The translations under genes were made by a program, and so were the position numbers. Positions 51,287 to 60,741 of a stretch of 64,000 bases of DNA are shown here, one piece after another. Numbering within the stretch: the stretch's first letter is position 1; the number at the start of each line of letters is the position of its first letter. The notes below the pieces were generated by a model. It did not search any database. It had not been told where the DNA came from and saw only the letters and a program-made list of their open reading frames with translations. Source of the stretch: Candidatus Multivoradales bacterium (GTDB taxonomy: Bacteria; Acidobacteriota; Thermoanaerobaculia; Multivoradales; JAHEKO01); contig CBDCVR010000013.1 in NCBI GenBank assembly GCA_965223155.1, positions 224,001 to 288,000 of the forward strand. The letters are read 5' to 3'.

Positions 51287-52911
51287 CGGCCCGCTCCAGA
51301 GAGGCTGGCTCTGAGCGCCGCAGCGGTGCCTCCTGTCTCCAGGGAGGCTCGCAGACGAGCCTCGGGAGGAGCCGGCTGCTCGAGTCGGGAGACGACCAGG
51401 CCATGGGTCTCTTTGAGTGCCTTACTGACCGGCCCAAGAAAGCACTGCGGGAAGACTCCCAGGAGGAGCATGAGCAGGGCCAGGGGCGCCAGAATCCCGA
51501 TCTCGCGCTTCGAGAGGTCCTGGAGCTCGCGATTGGCGTCCCGGGTGATCGGTCCCCACAGCGTCTCGCCCAGGAGCTTGAAGAGATAGACGGCCGCCAG
51601 GACGACGCCGAAGGCCGCCAAGGCAGTGGCCAGGTAGAAACCGGCGCGGAAACTACCGACCAGGATCAAGAACTCGCCGACGAAGCCGTTCAAGCCGGGC
51701 AGACCAACCGAGGCCAGCGCGCTCACGACCAGGAAGAACGCGAACCAGGGCATGACCTTGGCCAGCCCACCGAACTCCGCAAAGAGCTTGGTGTGCCGGC
51801 GCTCGTAGAGCATGCCCACGAGCAGGAACAGGGCGCCCGTCGAAAGGCCGTGGTTGACCATTTGTATGAGCGCGCCCTGCCAGGCCACCAGGTCGAGAGC
51901 GGCGAGACCCAGGACCACGAAGCCCAGATGGGCGACCGAGGAATAAGCCACCAGGCTCTTCATGTCGATCTGGCGCCAGGCGATGAGGGCGCCGTAGAGA
52001 ATGCCCACGACGGCCAGGGCTAGCACGATTGGCCGTGCTTCGACGGTGGCGTGCGGAAACAGCGGCCAGGCGAACCGCAGGAGACCGTAGGTGCCGAGCT
52101 TCAGGAGGACGCCGGCAAGGACGACCGAGCCGCCGGTCGGAGCCTGCACGTGGGCGTCGGGAAGCCAGGTGTGGAAGGGCACTAGCGGTACCTTGATGGC
52201 AAAGGCGACGGCGAAGGCCGCGAACAGCCAGCGCTGTTCGATCAAGGGCAGATCGAGGGCCAGCAAGTCGGCATAGGCGAACGACCAGAAGCCGGCCAGC
52301 TCCGCGTGGCAGGCGGCCAGCCAGACGATGCCCAGCAGCATGAACAGGCTGCCCGCCATCGTGTACAGGAAGAACTTGACCGCGGCGTAGACGCGTTTCT
52401 CGCCGCCCCAGATGCCGATGATGAGGTACATCGGGATCAGCATGACCTCCCAGAAGACGTAGAACAGAAAGAGGTCGTGGGCCAGGAGAGCGCCGTGGAT
52501 GCCTGTGGTCAGGAGGAGCATCGACGCGGCGTAGCCTTTCCAGTGCTCTTCGATACCGCGCCACGACGCAATCACGATGAGTGGGAGGAGCGCCGAGGTG
52601 AGAAGCACCAGGGGTATCGAGATGCCGTCGATCTGGAGGTCGTAGCGGATGCCGTAGCGGGCGATCCAGGCCGCCGGCTCGCCGGTCATCGAGGTCTCGG
52701 CCAGGCGGTGAAAGACGCCGTCCCGCAGCCCCAGGCTGACGAGGCGCAGGGTCACGGCAAGCTCGAGGAGGCCCGCGACGAGCGCCGTCCAGCGCACCCA
52801 GGAAGTCTTGTCCCTGGGCAGAAAGGCGATGACCAGGGCGGCCAGCGCCGGCAGGAAGACGACTTGGGTCAGCGAAGGGCCGGCCAGGAGCTGGAGGAAC
52901 GTACCGCTCAT
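51283..52911 (-). CDS. nuoM: NADH-quinone oxidoreductase subunit M
   Basis: FYVFWE, KVPLVPFHTWLPDAH, LKLGTYG and PGLNGFVGE. Confidence 0.96.
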   Translation of the reverse strand: MSGTFLQLLAGPSLTQVVFLPALAALVIAFLPRDKTSWVRWTALVAGLLELAVTLRLVSLGLRDGVFHRLAETSMTGEPAAWIARYGIRYDLQIDGISIPLVLLTSALLPLIVIASWRGIEEHWKGYAASMLLLTTGIHGALLAHDLFLFYVFWEVMLIPMYLIIGIWGGEKRVYAAVKFFLYTMAGSLFMLLGIVWLAACHAELAGFWSFAYADLLALDLPLIEQRWLFAAFAVAFAIKVPLVPFHTWLPDAHVQAPTGGSVVLAGVLLKLGTYGLLRFAWPLFPHATVEARPIVLALAVVGILYGALIAWRQIDMKSLVAYSSVAHLGFVVLGLAALDLVAWQGALIQMVNHGLSTGALFLLVGMLYERRHTKLFAEFGGLAKVMPWFAFFLVVSALASVGLPGLNGFVGEFLILVGSFRAGFYLATALAAFGVVLAAVYLFKLLGETLWGPITRDANRELQDLSKREIGILAPLALLMLLLGVFPQCFLGPVSKALKETHGLVVSRLEQPAPPEARLRASLETGGTAAALRASLSGAGR

Positions 52912-54833
52912 CGCAGAATCCAAAACGTCATGGCCAGCAGGCCGAAGAGTGCGTACAAGAGGTAGCTCCGGACGTTACCGGTAGTCGTCAGCCGCCCGAT
53001 CTCTCCGGCCAGGCGCGAGAGGACCGCCGGCGTATGGACGGCGCCCTCGACGAACACGCCGTCAAGAATCTTCCAGCACACCCGGGCCAGGGCGGCCAGC
53101 GGCCGGACGATGATCCGGTCGTAGGCCTCATCGACCCAGTACTTGTTCGCGAGGGTTCGGTGGACGGCGGGGAAGCGCTCGGCCCAGCGCCGGCCCTCTG
53201 CCAGACCCCGGTCCTTGTACAGCCGCCGGGCCAGGAAGATCCCGCCCAGCGCCACCGCCACCGACAGCGCCATCAACACCAGCTCCACCAGCACCGGCGC
53301 GTGGTGGTGCTCGCCATGCCCCACCTTCGCCACCACTGGCTCCAGATAGTGCGCGAACACGTTCCAGTCGAACGAGCCCAGCTTCGGCAGGCCGATCCAG
53401 CCCGCAAGCACCGAGCCCACCGCCAGGATCGCCAGCGGCACCGTCATCACCCGCGGCGACTCGTGCAGGTGATGCCGCTGCTCGTCCGTGCCCCGGAACT
53501 CGCCCGAGAACGTCATATAGATCAGCCGGAACATGTAGAATGCCGTCAGTCCCGCGGTCACCAGACCCACCAGCCACAGCACCTTGTGCTCCCCGAAGAC
53601 CGCCGCCAGGATCTGATCCTTCGAGAAGAAACCGGCAAGGCCCGGCACCCCGGCGATCGCAAGCGCCCCCACCAGCATCGTCAGATACGTCACCGGCAGC
53701 GCCTTCTTCAAGCCGCCCATCTTCGTCATGTCCTGTTCGCCGCTCATCGCGTGGATCACCGAGCCCGAGCCCAGAAACAGCAACGCCTTGAAGAACGCGT
53801 GCGTCCCCAGATGGAACACCGCCGCCGTGTACGCGCCCACCCCCGCCGCCAGAAACATGTACCCGAGCTGCGACACCGTCGAGTACGCCAGGACCTTCTT
53901 GATGTCCTTCTGCGCCAGGCCGATCGTGGCCGCGAACAGAGCCGTCAGCGCTCCGATGACCGCCACGAAGCCCGACACTCCGGGCGCGAGCTGGTAGAAC
54001 GCGTTCGTGCGCACCACCATGTACACCCCGGCGGTCACCATCGTGGCCGCGTGGATCAGGGCCGAGACCGGCGTCGGGCCGGCCATTGCGTCCGGCAGCC
54101 ACACGTAGAGCGGGATCTGGGCGCTCTTGCCCATGGCACCCACAAAGAGACACACGGCCACGAAGGCCGCGAACGACAGGCCCAGAAGATACGGCTCGGT
54201 CACCGCGTGCGGGTCGGCCTCGATCGCCGAGAAGATCGTCCCGTAGTCGAGCGTCCCGAACCGGCTGGCCAGGGCGAACAGGCCCAGCAGAAACGCGAAG
54301 TCCCCGATCCGGTTGACGATAAAGGCCTTCCGGCCGGCGTAGGGCGGAAACTCCTCCTCGTAGTAGAATCCGATCAAGAGATACGAGCACAGGCCCACGC
54401 CTTCCCAGCCCACAAAGGTCACCAGGAAGTTGTTGCCCAGGATCAAGAGCAGCATCGAGCCCATGAACAGATTCAGGTAGACGAAGTACCGCTGGTACCC
54501 GCCTTCATGCGCCATGTACCCGGCCGAGTACACGTGGATCAGGAACCCCACGAACGTCACCACGAACAGCATCACCGACGACAGCGGATCCAGGAGGAAA
54601 GCGACGTCGATCGCGAGCGGTCCGGCGGTCCAGGTGTAGACGGTTTGCTCGATGGCGGCGGGCGCCGCCGAACGCACGTAGGTCGCCAGGACCCAAAGGG
54701 ACAGGAGGAGGGAGAGGCCCGGGGCGGCCAGGGCCACGAAGGTGTGGGCCGCTCTGGGTGCTTTCGGACCGAGCAAGCCGTTGATGGCGGCGCCGGCGAA
54801 TGGCAGCAGGACGATGAGCCAGAGCAGTTCCAT
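52908..54833 (-). CDS. nuoL: NADH-quinone oxidoreductase subunit L
   Basis: GWEGVGLCSYLL, GKSAQIPLYVWLPDAMAGPTPVSALIHAATM and HAFFKALLF. Confidence 0.97.
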   Translation of the reverse strand: MELLWLIVLLPFAGAAINGLLGPKAPRAAHTFVALAAPGLSLLLSLWVLATYVRSAAPAAIEQTVYTWTAGPLAIDVAFLLDPLSSVMLFVVTFVGFLIHVYSAGYMAHEGGYQRYFVYLNLFMGSMLLLILGNNFLVTFVGWEGVGLCSYLLIGFYYEEEFPPYAGRKAFIVNRIGDFAFLLGLFALASRFGTLDYGTIFSAIEADPHAVTEPYLLGLSFAAFVAVCLFVGAMGKSAQIPLYVWLPDAMAGPTPVSALIHAATMVTAGVYMVVRTNAFYQLAPGVSGFVAVIGALTALFAATIGLAQKDIKKVLAYSTVSQLGYMFLAAGVGAYTAAVFHLGTHAFFKALLFLGSGSVIHAMSGEQDMTKMGGLKKALPVTYLTMLVGALAIAGVPGLAGFFSKDQILAAVFGEHKVLWLVGLVTAGLTAFYMFRLIYMTFSGEFRGTDEQRHHLHESPRVMTVPLAILAVGSVLAGWIGLPKLGSFDWNVFAHYLEPVVAKVGHGEHHHAPVLVELVLMALSVAVALGGIFLARRLYKDRGLAEGRRWAERFPAVHRTLANKYWVDEAYDRIIVRPLAALARVCWKILDGVFVEGAVHTPAVLSRLAGEIGRLTTTGNVRSYLLYALFGLLAMTFWILR

Positions 54834-54836
54834 GAG

Positions 54837-55163
54837 CTACCAGCGCATCAAGTTGAGTCGATTGATATCGATCGTCCGACCTTGACGGTAGACGGCGATG
54901 AACAGAGCCAAGCCGACCGCGGCCTCGGCGGCGGCGACCGCGAAGACCATGAGCACGAGGACCTGGCCGTCCAGAGCGGCGGCGTGCGAGCCGGCCTGGA
55001 TCCAGGCGCGTCCGAAGGCGACGATCGCCAGGTTGACCGCGTCGAGCATCAGCTCCACGGACAGGAAGAGCGAGATGCCGTTGCGCCGGGTCAGCACGCC
55101 GACGACGCCGATCGCGAAGAGCGCCGCGGCCAGGACCAGGTACCAGGAGATCGGTACGGTCAT
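54837..55163 (-). CDS. nuoK: NADH-quinone oxidoreductase subunit K
   Basis: RRN..SVELML and [11 protein letters not shown]. Confidence 0.96.
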   Translation of the reverse strand: MTVPISWYLVLAAALFAIGVVGVLTRRNGISLFLSVELMLDAVNLAIVAFGRAWIQAGSHAAALDGQVLVLMVFAVAAAEAAVGLALFIAVYRQGRTIDINRLNLMRW

Positions 55164-55690
55164 CGTGGGGATTCTCCGGGGCGAACGTCCTCTTCGAGGT
55201 CGCGCTCGCGGCGGGCGAGCGCCGTGGCCGCGATGACCGCCGCCAGCAAGAGCAGGCCGACCATCTCGAAGGGCAGCAGGTACTTTCCGAGAAGCTGCCG
55301 CGCCAGCGGTTTCAGAGCGACGTCCTCAGGCACCAGCGGGCCGAGTTCGAAACCGTGGAAGCGGCCCCAGTAGAGCAGTAGCAGCAGCGCGGCGAAGCCG
55401 GCGGCGGCCACGAGAGCCAGGATGCGCTGGGTGATTCCCGGCCCAGCGGGCTCATCGCCGACATTGAGCAGCATGATGACGAAAAGAAAGAGCACCAGGA
55501 TGGCGCCGGTGTAGACGAGTACCTGGAGAGCGGCCAGGAAGGGGGCGCCGAGCAGGACGAAGAGCACCGCGATGGCGACGAAGGTCACCACCAGGCTCAT
55601 GACCGAATAGACCGGATTCCGGTGCCAGACCACCAGTACGGCCGAGATCAGTGCCAGCGCCCCGAAGATCAGGAAGACGGCGACTTCCAT
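55160..55690 (-). CDS. nuoJ: NADH-quinone oxidoreductase subunit J
   Basis: [25 protein letters not shown] and YLLPFE. ATG 55690. Confidence 0.95.
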   Translation of the reverse strand: MEVAVFLIFGALALISAVLVVWHRNPVYSVMSLVVTFVAIAVLFVLLGAPFLAALQVLVYTGAILVLFLFVIMLLNVGDEPAGPGITQRILALVAAAGFAALLLLLYWGRFHGFELGPLVPEDVALKPLARQLLGKYLLPFEMVGLLLLAAVIAATALARRERDLEEDVRPGESPR

Positions 55691-56730
55691 CACAGAATCC
55701 CGCCCACGGTGAGCGCCGCCACCAGGATGAAGTTGGCGACCGCCAGGGGCAGCAGCACCTTCCAGCCCAGCTTCAAGAGCTGGTCGAAGCGGAAGCGCGG
55801 GAAGGTCCAGCGGACCCAGACGAAGAACAGCATGAAAAGACTCGACTTCGCCAGCAGCACGCCCATGCCCATGAGCGCGACCCACCACCAGGGGCCGGTC
55901 CAGAACAGGCCGGGCAGGTGCCAACCGCCTAGGTACAGGGTCGCGCCCAGGCAGGAGAGCGTCGCCATCGCCATGTACTCGCCCATGAAGAACAGGGCGA
56001 ACTTCATCGAGCTGTACTCGGTGTGGTACCCAGCCACCAGCTCCGACTCGGCCTCGGGAAGATCGAACGGCAGCCGGTTGGTCTCAGCGAACGCCGCCAC
56101 CACGAAGACCAGAAAACCGATGCACTGGGGCAGGGCGTTCCAGCGCGGCACGAAGCCGAGCCAGGTGCCTTGCTGGTAGGCGACGACATCCGCCAGCTCG
56201 AGCGAGCCCACGGGCACCAGGGCGGCGACGACGGCGAGCGTCAGCGCCAGCTCGTAGCTGATCATCTGCGCCGAGGCGCGGATCGCTCCGAGCAGGGAGT
56301 ACTTGTTGTTCGAGCTGTAGCCGGCCATGACCAGCGAATAGACGCCCAGGCTGGCCAACGCCAATAGCAGCAGGACTCCGGTCTCGGCGCCCGCGACCAC
56401 GAGCGGCACCGATTGCCCGGCAACGGTCACGTCCGGCCCGAACGGAATCACCACGAAGGTCGTGAGCGCGGGCAGGAGCGCGAGTACCGGCGCCAGCCGG
56501 TACAGGAAGGGATCGGCCTCGCTCGGCACAACGTCTTCTTTGCACAGGAACTTGACCGCGTCGGCGAGGGACTGGAAGAGCCCCAGGGGGCCGACCCGGT
56601 TGGGACCGACCCGATCCTGGATGAGCGCGCTGCCGCGCCGCTCGATCCAGACCATGATCGGCGTTACCTGGAGCAGGAGTGCTATCCAGAGGGCCAACTT
56701 GGCGGCGGTGGCGGCCAGCTCGAAGGTCAT
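55690..56730 (-). CDS. nuoH: NADH-quinone oxidoreductase subunit H
   Basis: QDRVGPNRVG, AETNRLPFDLPEAESELVAG and PRFRFDQL. Confidence 0.97.
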   Translation of the reverse strand: MTFELAATAAKLALWIALLLQVTPIMVWIERRGSALIQDRVGPNRVGPLGLFQSLADAVKFLCKEDVVPSEADPFLYRLAPVLALLPALTTFVVIPFGPDVTVAGQSVPLVVAGAETGVLLLLALASLGVYSLVMAGYSSNNKYSLLGAIRASAQMISYELALTLAVVAALVPVGSLELADVVAYQQGTWLGFVPRWNALPQCIGFLVFVVAAFAETNRLPFDLPEAESELVAGYHTEYSSMKFALFFMGEYMAMATLSCLGATLYLGGWHLPGLFWTGPWWWVALMGMGVLLAKSSLFMLFFVWVRWTFPRFRFDQLLKLGWKVLLPLAVANFILVAALTVGGIL

Positions 56731-58367
56731 GAAGCCTCGCGAACCTCCCGATCGAGGAGATGACCGCTGGCCGGCAGCGACCGCAGCGTGAGTCCGGCGA
56801 GGGCCGGCACCTCGGCGGCCAGGATTCGGAAGACACTCTGTGGATCGGTGCCCTCGAAGTCCGGATCGAACCGACGCAGAAGATCGGAGAGGGCTTCGGT
56901 GCCGGTTCGAACGCCCGCGCTCGGGGGAAATGCCTTCTCGAAGCGCTGGATCCGGTTCTGCGAGTTGACGAAGGTGCCCTCGGTTTCGGCGTGGGTGGCG
57001 ATCGGCAAGACGAAGTCGGCGATCGCGCTCAAGGGGGTCTCACCCCAGCCCAGGACGACCAGGGGCGATGCGGCGGCCAGAAGTTGCAGCACGTTCTCGT
57101 CGTAGAGGGCCGAGGTCGCCTCCTCGACGCTCTCGCCGGCCAGGCCGCCGTCCAGGATCACGACCGGTTGGCCCGCTAGATCCCAGTCCGTCAGAAGCTT
57201 CTTCAGGTTCTCTGTCATACCCTCGGCGACCGGTAGGCCGGCGAGCTCGCTGCCGCGGCGATTCGGAGTTCGTTCGCCGCCGACCAAGTCGCCGTTCGGA
57301 TTCGGGATCGTGCGGGTGGGTCCGCCTTCCGCGAGGACGGCCCGCTTGTCCGTGCTCAGGGCCTGGGCCAGCCGCGCCAGGACGAAGGCTTCTTCGGTGG
57401 TCGCGTGTCCCCGGGCCAGGATCCCGGTGGCGGCGCCGGCGCTGGCGAGCTGATGCTCGAGATCGGTCACTAGGTCCTGCCAGCTAGCGGCCACGAACTC
57501 GGCGCTCTTGTCCGGCCGGCGGCCGGGAGTCATGAGGCGTTTCGCGCCGTAGGACTCGAACGTCGTGCGCCCGTGGTCGCACATCCAATAATCGTTGACG
57601 TGTTCGTTGAAGCGAGGCTTGTACCGGCGAATCTGACCCTGGCGATGTTCGAGCGTGATGTTGCAGCCCGCGTCGCAGCCGGTGCACAGGGACGGCTTCT
57701 TGTCGAGATACCAGACCCTCTCGGCAAAGCGGAACTTGGTCGAGGTGAGCGCTCCGACCGGGCAGACGTCGACGACGCAGGTCGACAGCTCGTTGTCGAG
57801 CTCCTTCCCCGGGAAAACCCCGATCTCGGCGCGCGATCCGCGCTGGAAGAAGCCCAGCTCGCCCGTCTTCGTGATCGATTCGGTAAAGCGGACGCAGCGC
57901 GTGCACTGGATGCACCGGTTCATGTTGAGCAGCACGTTGGCTCCGAGCGGGATCCGCTCCTTGCCCGGATAGGTGCGTTTGTCTTCGTAGGCGAAGCGGG
58001 AGAAGGCCTGGCCGTGCCTGAAGGAGTAGTCCTGCAGCCCGCACTCGCCGGCCTGGTCGCAGATCGGGCAGTCCAGCGGATGGTTGATCAGGAGGAACTC
58101 CATGATTCCTTCCTGCGCCGCGCGCACCTCGTCGTCATCGACGTGGACCACCATGCCTTCCTTCATGACCTGGGTGGTGCATCCGGTCTGTAGCTTGCCC
58201 ATGCCGTCGATCTTGACCAGGCACATGCGGCACTGGCCGACCACCGGCAGGCGCGGGTGGTAGCAGTAGTGGGGGATCTGGACGCCGGCCTGGAGTGCGG
58301 CATCGACCAGGTTGGTGCCCGGCTCGACTTCGATCGTGCGGCCGTCGATGGTGACCTCTACGGGCAC
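56727..58367 (-). CDS. nuoG: NADH-quinone oxidoreductase subunit G (short form, retains N7 motif)
   Basis: CYHP..GQCRMC, HPLDCPICDQAGEC, CIQCTRC..CPVGAL and CTGCDAGC..C. Confidence 0.94.
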   Translation of the reverse strand: MPVEVTIDGRTIEVEPGTNLVDAALQAGVQIPHYCYHPRLPVVGQCRMCLVKIDGMGKLQTGCTTQVMKEGMVVHVDDDEVRAAQEGIMEFLLINHPLDCPICDQAGECGLQDYSFRHGQAFSRFAYEDKRTYPGKERIPLGANVLLNMNRCIQCTRCVRFTESITKTGELGFFQRGSRAEIGVFPGKELDNELSTCVVDVCPVGALTSTKFRFAERVWYLDKKPSLCTGCDAGCNITLEHRQGQIRRYKPRFNEHVNDYWMCDHGRTTFESYGAKRLMTPGRRPDKSAEFVAASWQDLVTDLEHQLASAGAATGILARGHATTEEAFVLARLAQALSTDKRAVLAEGGPTRTIPNPNGDLVGGERTPNRRGSELAGLPVAEGMTENLKKLLTDWDLAGQPVVILDGGLAGESVEEATSALYDENVLQLLAAASPLVVLGWGETPLSAIADFVLPIATHAETEGTFVNSQNRIQRFEKAFPPSAGVRTGTEALSDLLRRFDPDFEGTDPQSVFRILAAEVPALAGLTLRSLPASGHLLDREVREAS

Positions 58368-59665
58368 GAACTCGCCTCATCGAAAACCGGCTGGTACGGC
58401 AGCGGGCAGGCGCCCGCTTCGATGTGAGCGTCGATCTCGACCCGGAAGTTCTGGGCCAGCGAGCGCACCGGTCCGACGCAGGCGTCGGCCAGGGCGCAAA
58501 GCGCCGTGCCGCTCATGTTGCCGGTCATGCGCAGCAAGAGATCGGCGTCGGCCGGGGTCGCCTTGCCGGCTTCGATTCGCCCCAGGACGAGCTGCGACCA
58601 GTTGGTGCCCTCCCGGCAGGGAGTGCACTGACCACAGGATTCGTGGGCGAAGAACTTGGCGAGCCGGTAGACGGCGCGCACGAGACACACGGTCTCGTTC
58701 ATGACCACGACCGCGGCCGAGCCCAGCATCGAGCCTGCTTGAGCCAAGCTGTCGAAGTCCATGGGGGTGTGGCTCTTGTCAGCCGGAAGCAGGGCCGCCG
58801 AGGCCCCGCCCGGGATGAAGGCCTTGAGCGGGATACCGTCCAGCATGCCGCCAGCGTCCTCCAGCAGTCGATCCAGGGAGACGCCGATCGGGTGCTCGTA
58901 GACTCCCGGTCGCTCGACGTGGCCCGAGATGCAGTAGAGCTTCGGGCCGGTGTTGCGCTCGTCCGTGCCGATGGCCTGGTACCAGTCCGCGCCCTGGAGC
59001 AGGATGTGGGGGACGTTGCACAGGGTCTCGACGTTGTTGATGACCGTCGGCGCGCCGAACGCGCCCACGACGGCGGGGAAGGGCGGCTTGATGCGGGGCT
59101 GGCCGCGCCTGCCTTCGAGAGATTCCAACATGCCGGTCTCTTCGCCGCAGATGTAAGCGCCCGCGCCCCGGTGGACCCGCATCGAGAGCTTGGCCTTGGA
59201 GCCCAGCACCGAGTCGCCCAGAATCCCGCCCTCGTAAGCCTCGCGGATGGCGTCTTCCAGGATCTCCGCCTGGTGAACGTACTCGCCGCGGATATAGATG
59301 TAACAGTGCTCGGCGCCGACCGCGTAGCAGCAGATCGCGCAGCCCTCGATCAGTTGGTGGGGATCGGTCTCGATCAGCAACCGATCCTTGAAGGTGCCTG
59401 GCTCGGATTCGTCGGCGTTGCAGACCAGGTACCTGGGGCCGTCAACGTCCTTGGGGATAAAACTCCACTTGAGGCCAGCGGGGAAGCCGGCGCCGCCCCG
59501 ACCGCGGAGTCCCGAGTCCTTGACTTGTTGGATGATCTCCTCGCGGTCCAGGTTCAGGGCGTTGGCCAGGGCCTCGTACCCCGCGCTCTTGCGGTACGCG
59601 CCGAGACCGACGGGACCGCTACCGGCCCTGGCCAGGCGCTGGAGAAGGACGGGTTCGTACGCCAT
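58358..59665 (-). CDS. nuoF: NADH-quinone oxidoreductase subunit F
   Basis: GRGGAGFP, NADESEPG, GAGAYICGEE and ESCGQCTPCREG. Confidence 0.97.
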   Translation of the reverse strand: MAYEPVLLQRLARAGSGPVGLGAYRKSAGYEALANALNLDREEIIQQVKDSGLRGRGGAGFPAGLKWSFIPKDVDGPRYLVCNADESEPGTFKDRLLIETDPHQLIEGCAICCYAVGAEHCYIYIRGEYVHQAEILEDAIREAYEGGILGDSVLGSKAKLSMRVHRGAGAYICGEETGMLESLEGRRGQPRIKPPFPAVVGAFGAPTVINNVETLCNVPHILLQGADWYQAIGTDERNTGPKLYCISGHVERPGVYEHPIGVSLDRLLEDAGGMLDGIPLKAFIPGGASAALLPADKSHTPMDFDSLAQAGSMLGSAAVVVMNETVCLVRAVYRLAKFFAHESCGQCTPCREGTNWSQLVLGRIEAGKATPADADLLLRMTGNMSGTALCALADACVGPVRSLAQNFRVEIDAHIEAGACPLPYQPVFDEASSCP

Positions 59666-60165
59666 CAGTCGAGCTCCGCCAAGATCTCGCGCACCTTCTC
59701 CGGGGTCAGGCGCGGATGGTAGGTGTCATCGACCATCATCATGGGCGCCTGCTCGCAGGCGCCGAGGCACTCGAAGTGGGTGACCGAGCAGCGGCCGTCG
59801 CCGGAAACCTCGTCTTCGTCCACGCCCAACTCGTTCTTGACCGCGGCCAGAATCTCGTTGGCGCCGCGCAGAGTGCAGGAAAGATTCGTGCACACCCGGA
59901 TGCGATGCCGCCCGACCGGGTGCTGATGGTAAAGGTCGTAGAAGGTGACGACGCCGTAGACCTTGGCCGGCGCGAGATCGAGGGCCTGAGCCACCGCCAG
60001 GATCGCCTCGTCCGGGAGCCATCCCTGCCAGTGCTTCTGCGCCAGATGGAGGGCGGGCAAGAGCAGTGCCTCCTCGGTCGGATAGTGCTCGCGCAGCTTG
60101 TCGATCTCGCGGCTCAGTTCGGCCGGGACCTCGGGAACCGCCGCCGAGGCGGCGCAATCAGGCAT
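59665..60165 (-). CDS. nuoE: NADH-quinone oxidoreductase subunit E
   Basis: VVTFY, CTNLSC and ECLGAC. Confidence 0.96.
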   Translation of the reverse strand: MPDCAASAAVPEVPAELSREIDKLREHYPTEEALLLPALHLAQKHWQGWLPDEAILAVAQALDLAPAKVYGVVTFYDLYHQHPVGRHRIRVCTNLSCTLRGANEILAAVKNELGVDEDEVSGDGRCSVTHFECLGACEQAPMMMVDDTYHPRLTPEKVREILAELD

Positions 60166-60550
60166 GCCGGGCTCCTGCGCCGCCCTTGATGTACTTCTGG
60201 AGATCCAGCCCGCCCTTCTTCCAGAGGTAGACGAAGCCGACCAGGATGAGGGCGACGAAAACCATCATTGCCCAGAACAGCGGCCAGCCGCCTTCCCGGA
60301 TGATGAGCACCCAGGGATAGAGAAACGCGGCCTCGACGTCGAAGACGACGAAGTCGATCGCGATCAAGAAGAAGAGCACCGAAATGCGCTTGTGCGACCG
60401 GTCCAGAAGATCGTGACCGGACTCGTATGGCGTCAGCAGGGTGCGGGCGCCCAGCTTGCGCGTGACGAAGTGGGACACCGCTAGAATGCCGACGCCGAGC
60501 GCGATGGCGACCCCCAAAGCCAGCAGCACCGGATAGTGATCTTGTGGCAT
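60158..60550 (-). CDS. nuoA: NADH-quinone oxidoreductase subunit A
   Basis: PYESG, FVVFDVEAAFLYPW and YLWKKGGL. Confidence 0.95.
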   Translation of the reverse strand: MPQDHYPVLLALGVAIALGVGILAVSHFVTRKLGARTLLTPYESGHDLLDRSHKRISVLFFLIAIDFVVFDVEAAFLYPWVLIIREGGWPLFWAMMVFVALILVGFVYLWKKGGLDLQKYIKGGAGARHA

Positions 60551-60625
60551 TCAGCTACGTGAAAAGCCTGAATCGTGACCTGGAATGGAAGCCCGGAAAT
60601 CGCTCAACAGAGCCCCCCTCCGAGC

Positions 60626-60643
60626 TCGTGAAGAATGTCACAA
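60626..60643. promoter_or_regulatory. Rex operator overlapping the putative nuoA promoter
   Basis: TCGTGAA-GAAT-GTCACAA against consensus TTGTGAA-N4-TTCACAA (2 mismatches), with flanks GAGC/GCTC. Minus-strand TTGTCA(60660-55)-N17-CATTCT(60637-32). Confidence 0.8.
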
Positions 60644-60741
60644 GCTCCGCGAGGTGACAAGCCCGGACGACTGCAACTCCGCTTCTCAGGTGGGTCCGGA
60701 GCGCCATCCGAGCGGGAGTTTCCGGATAGACTGCTTCGCCT

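Noticed and set aside
49824-51437. 749-aa ORF suggesting a long N-terminal extension or fusion on Rex
   Set aside because: The extension is an alternative frame of nuoN with Arg/Pro/Gly-rich nonsense composition. Rex starts at ATG 49823.
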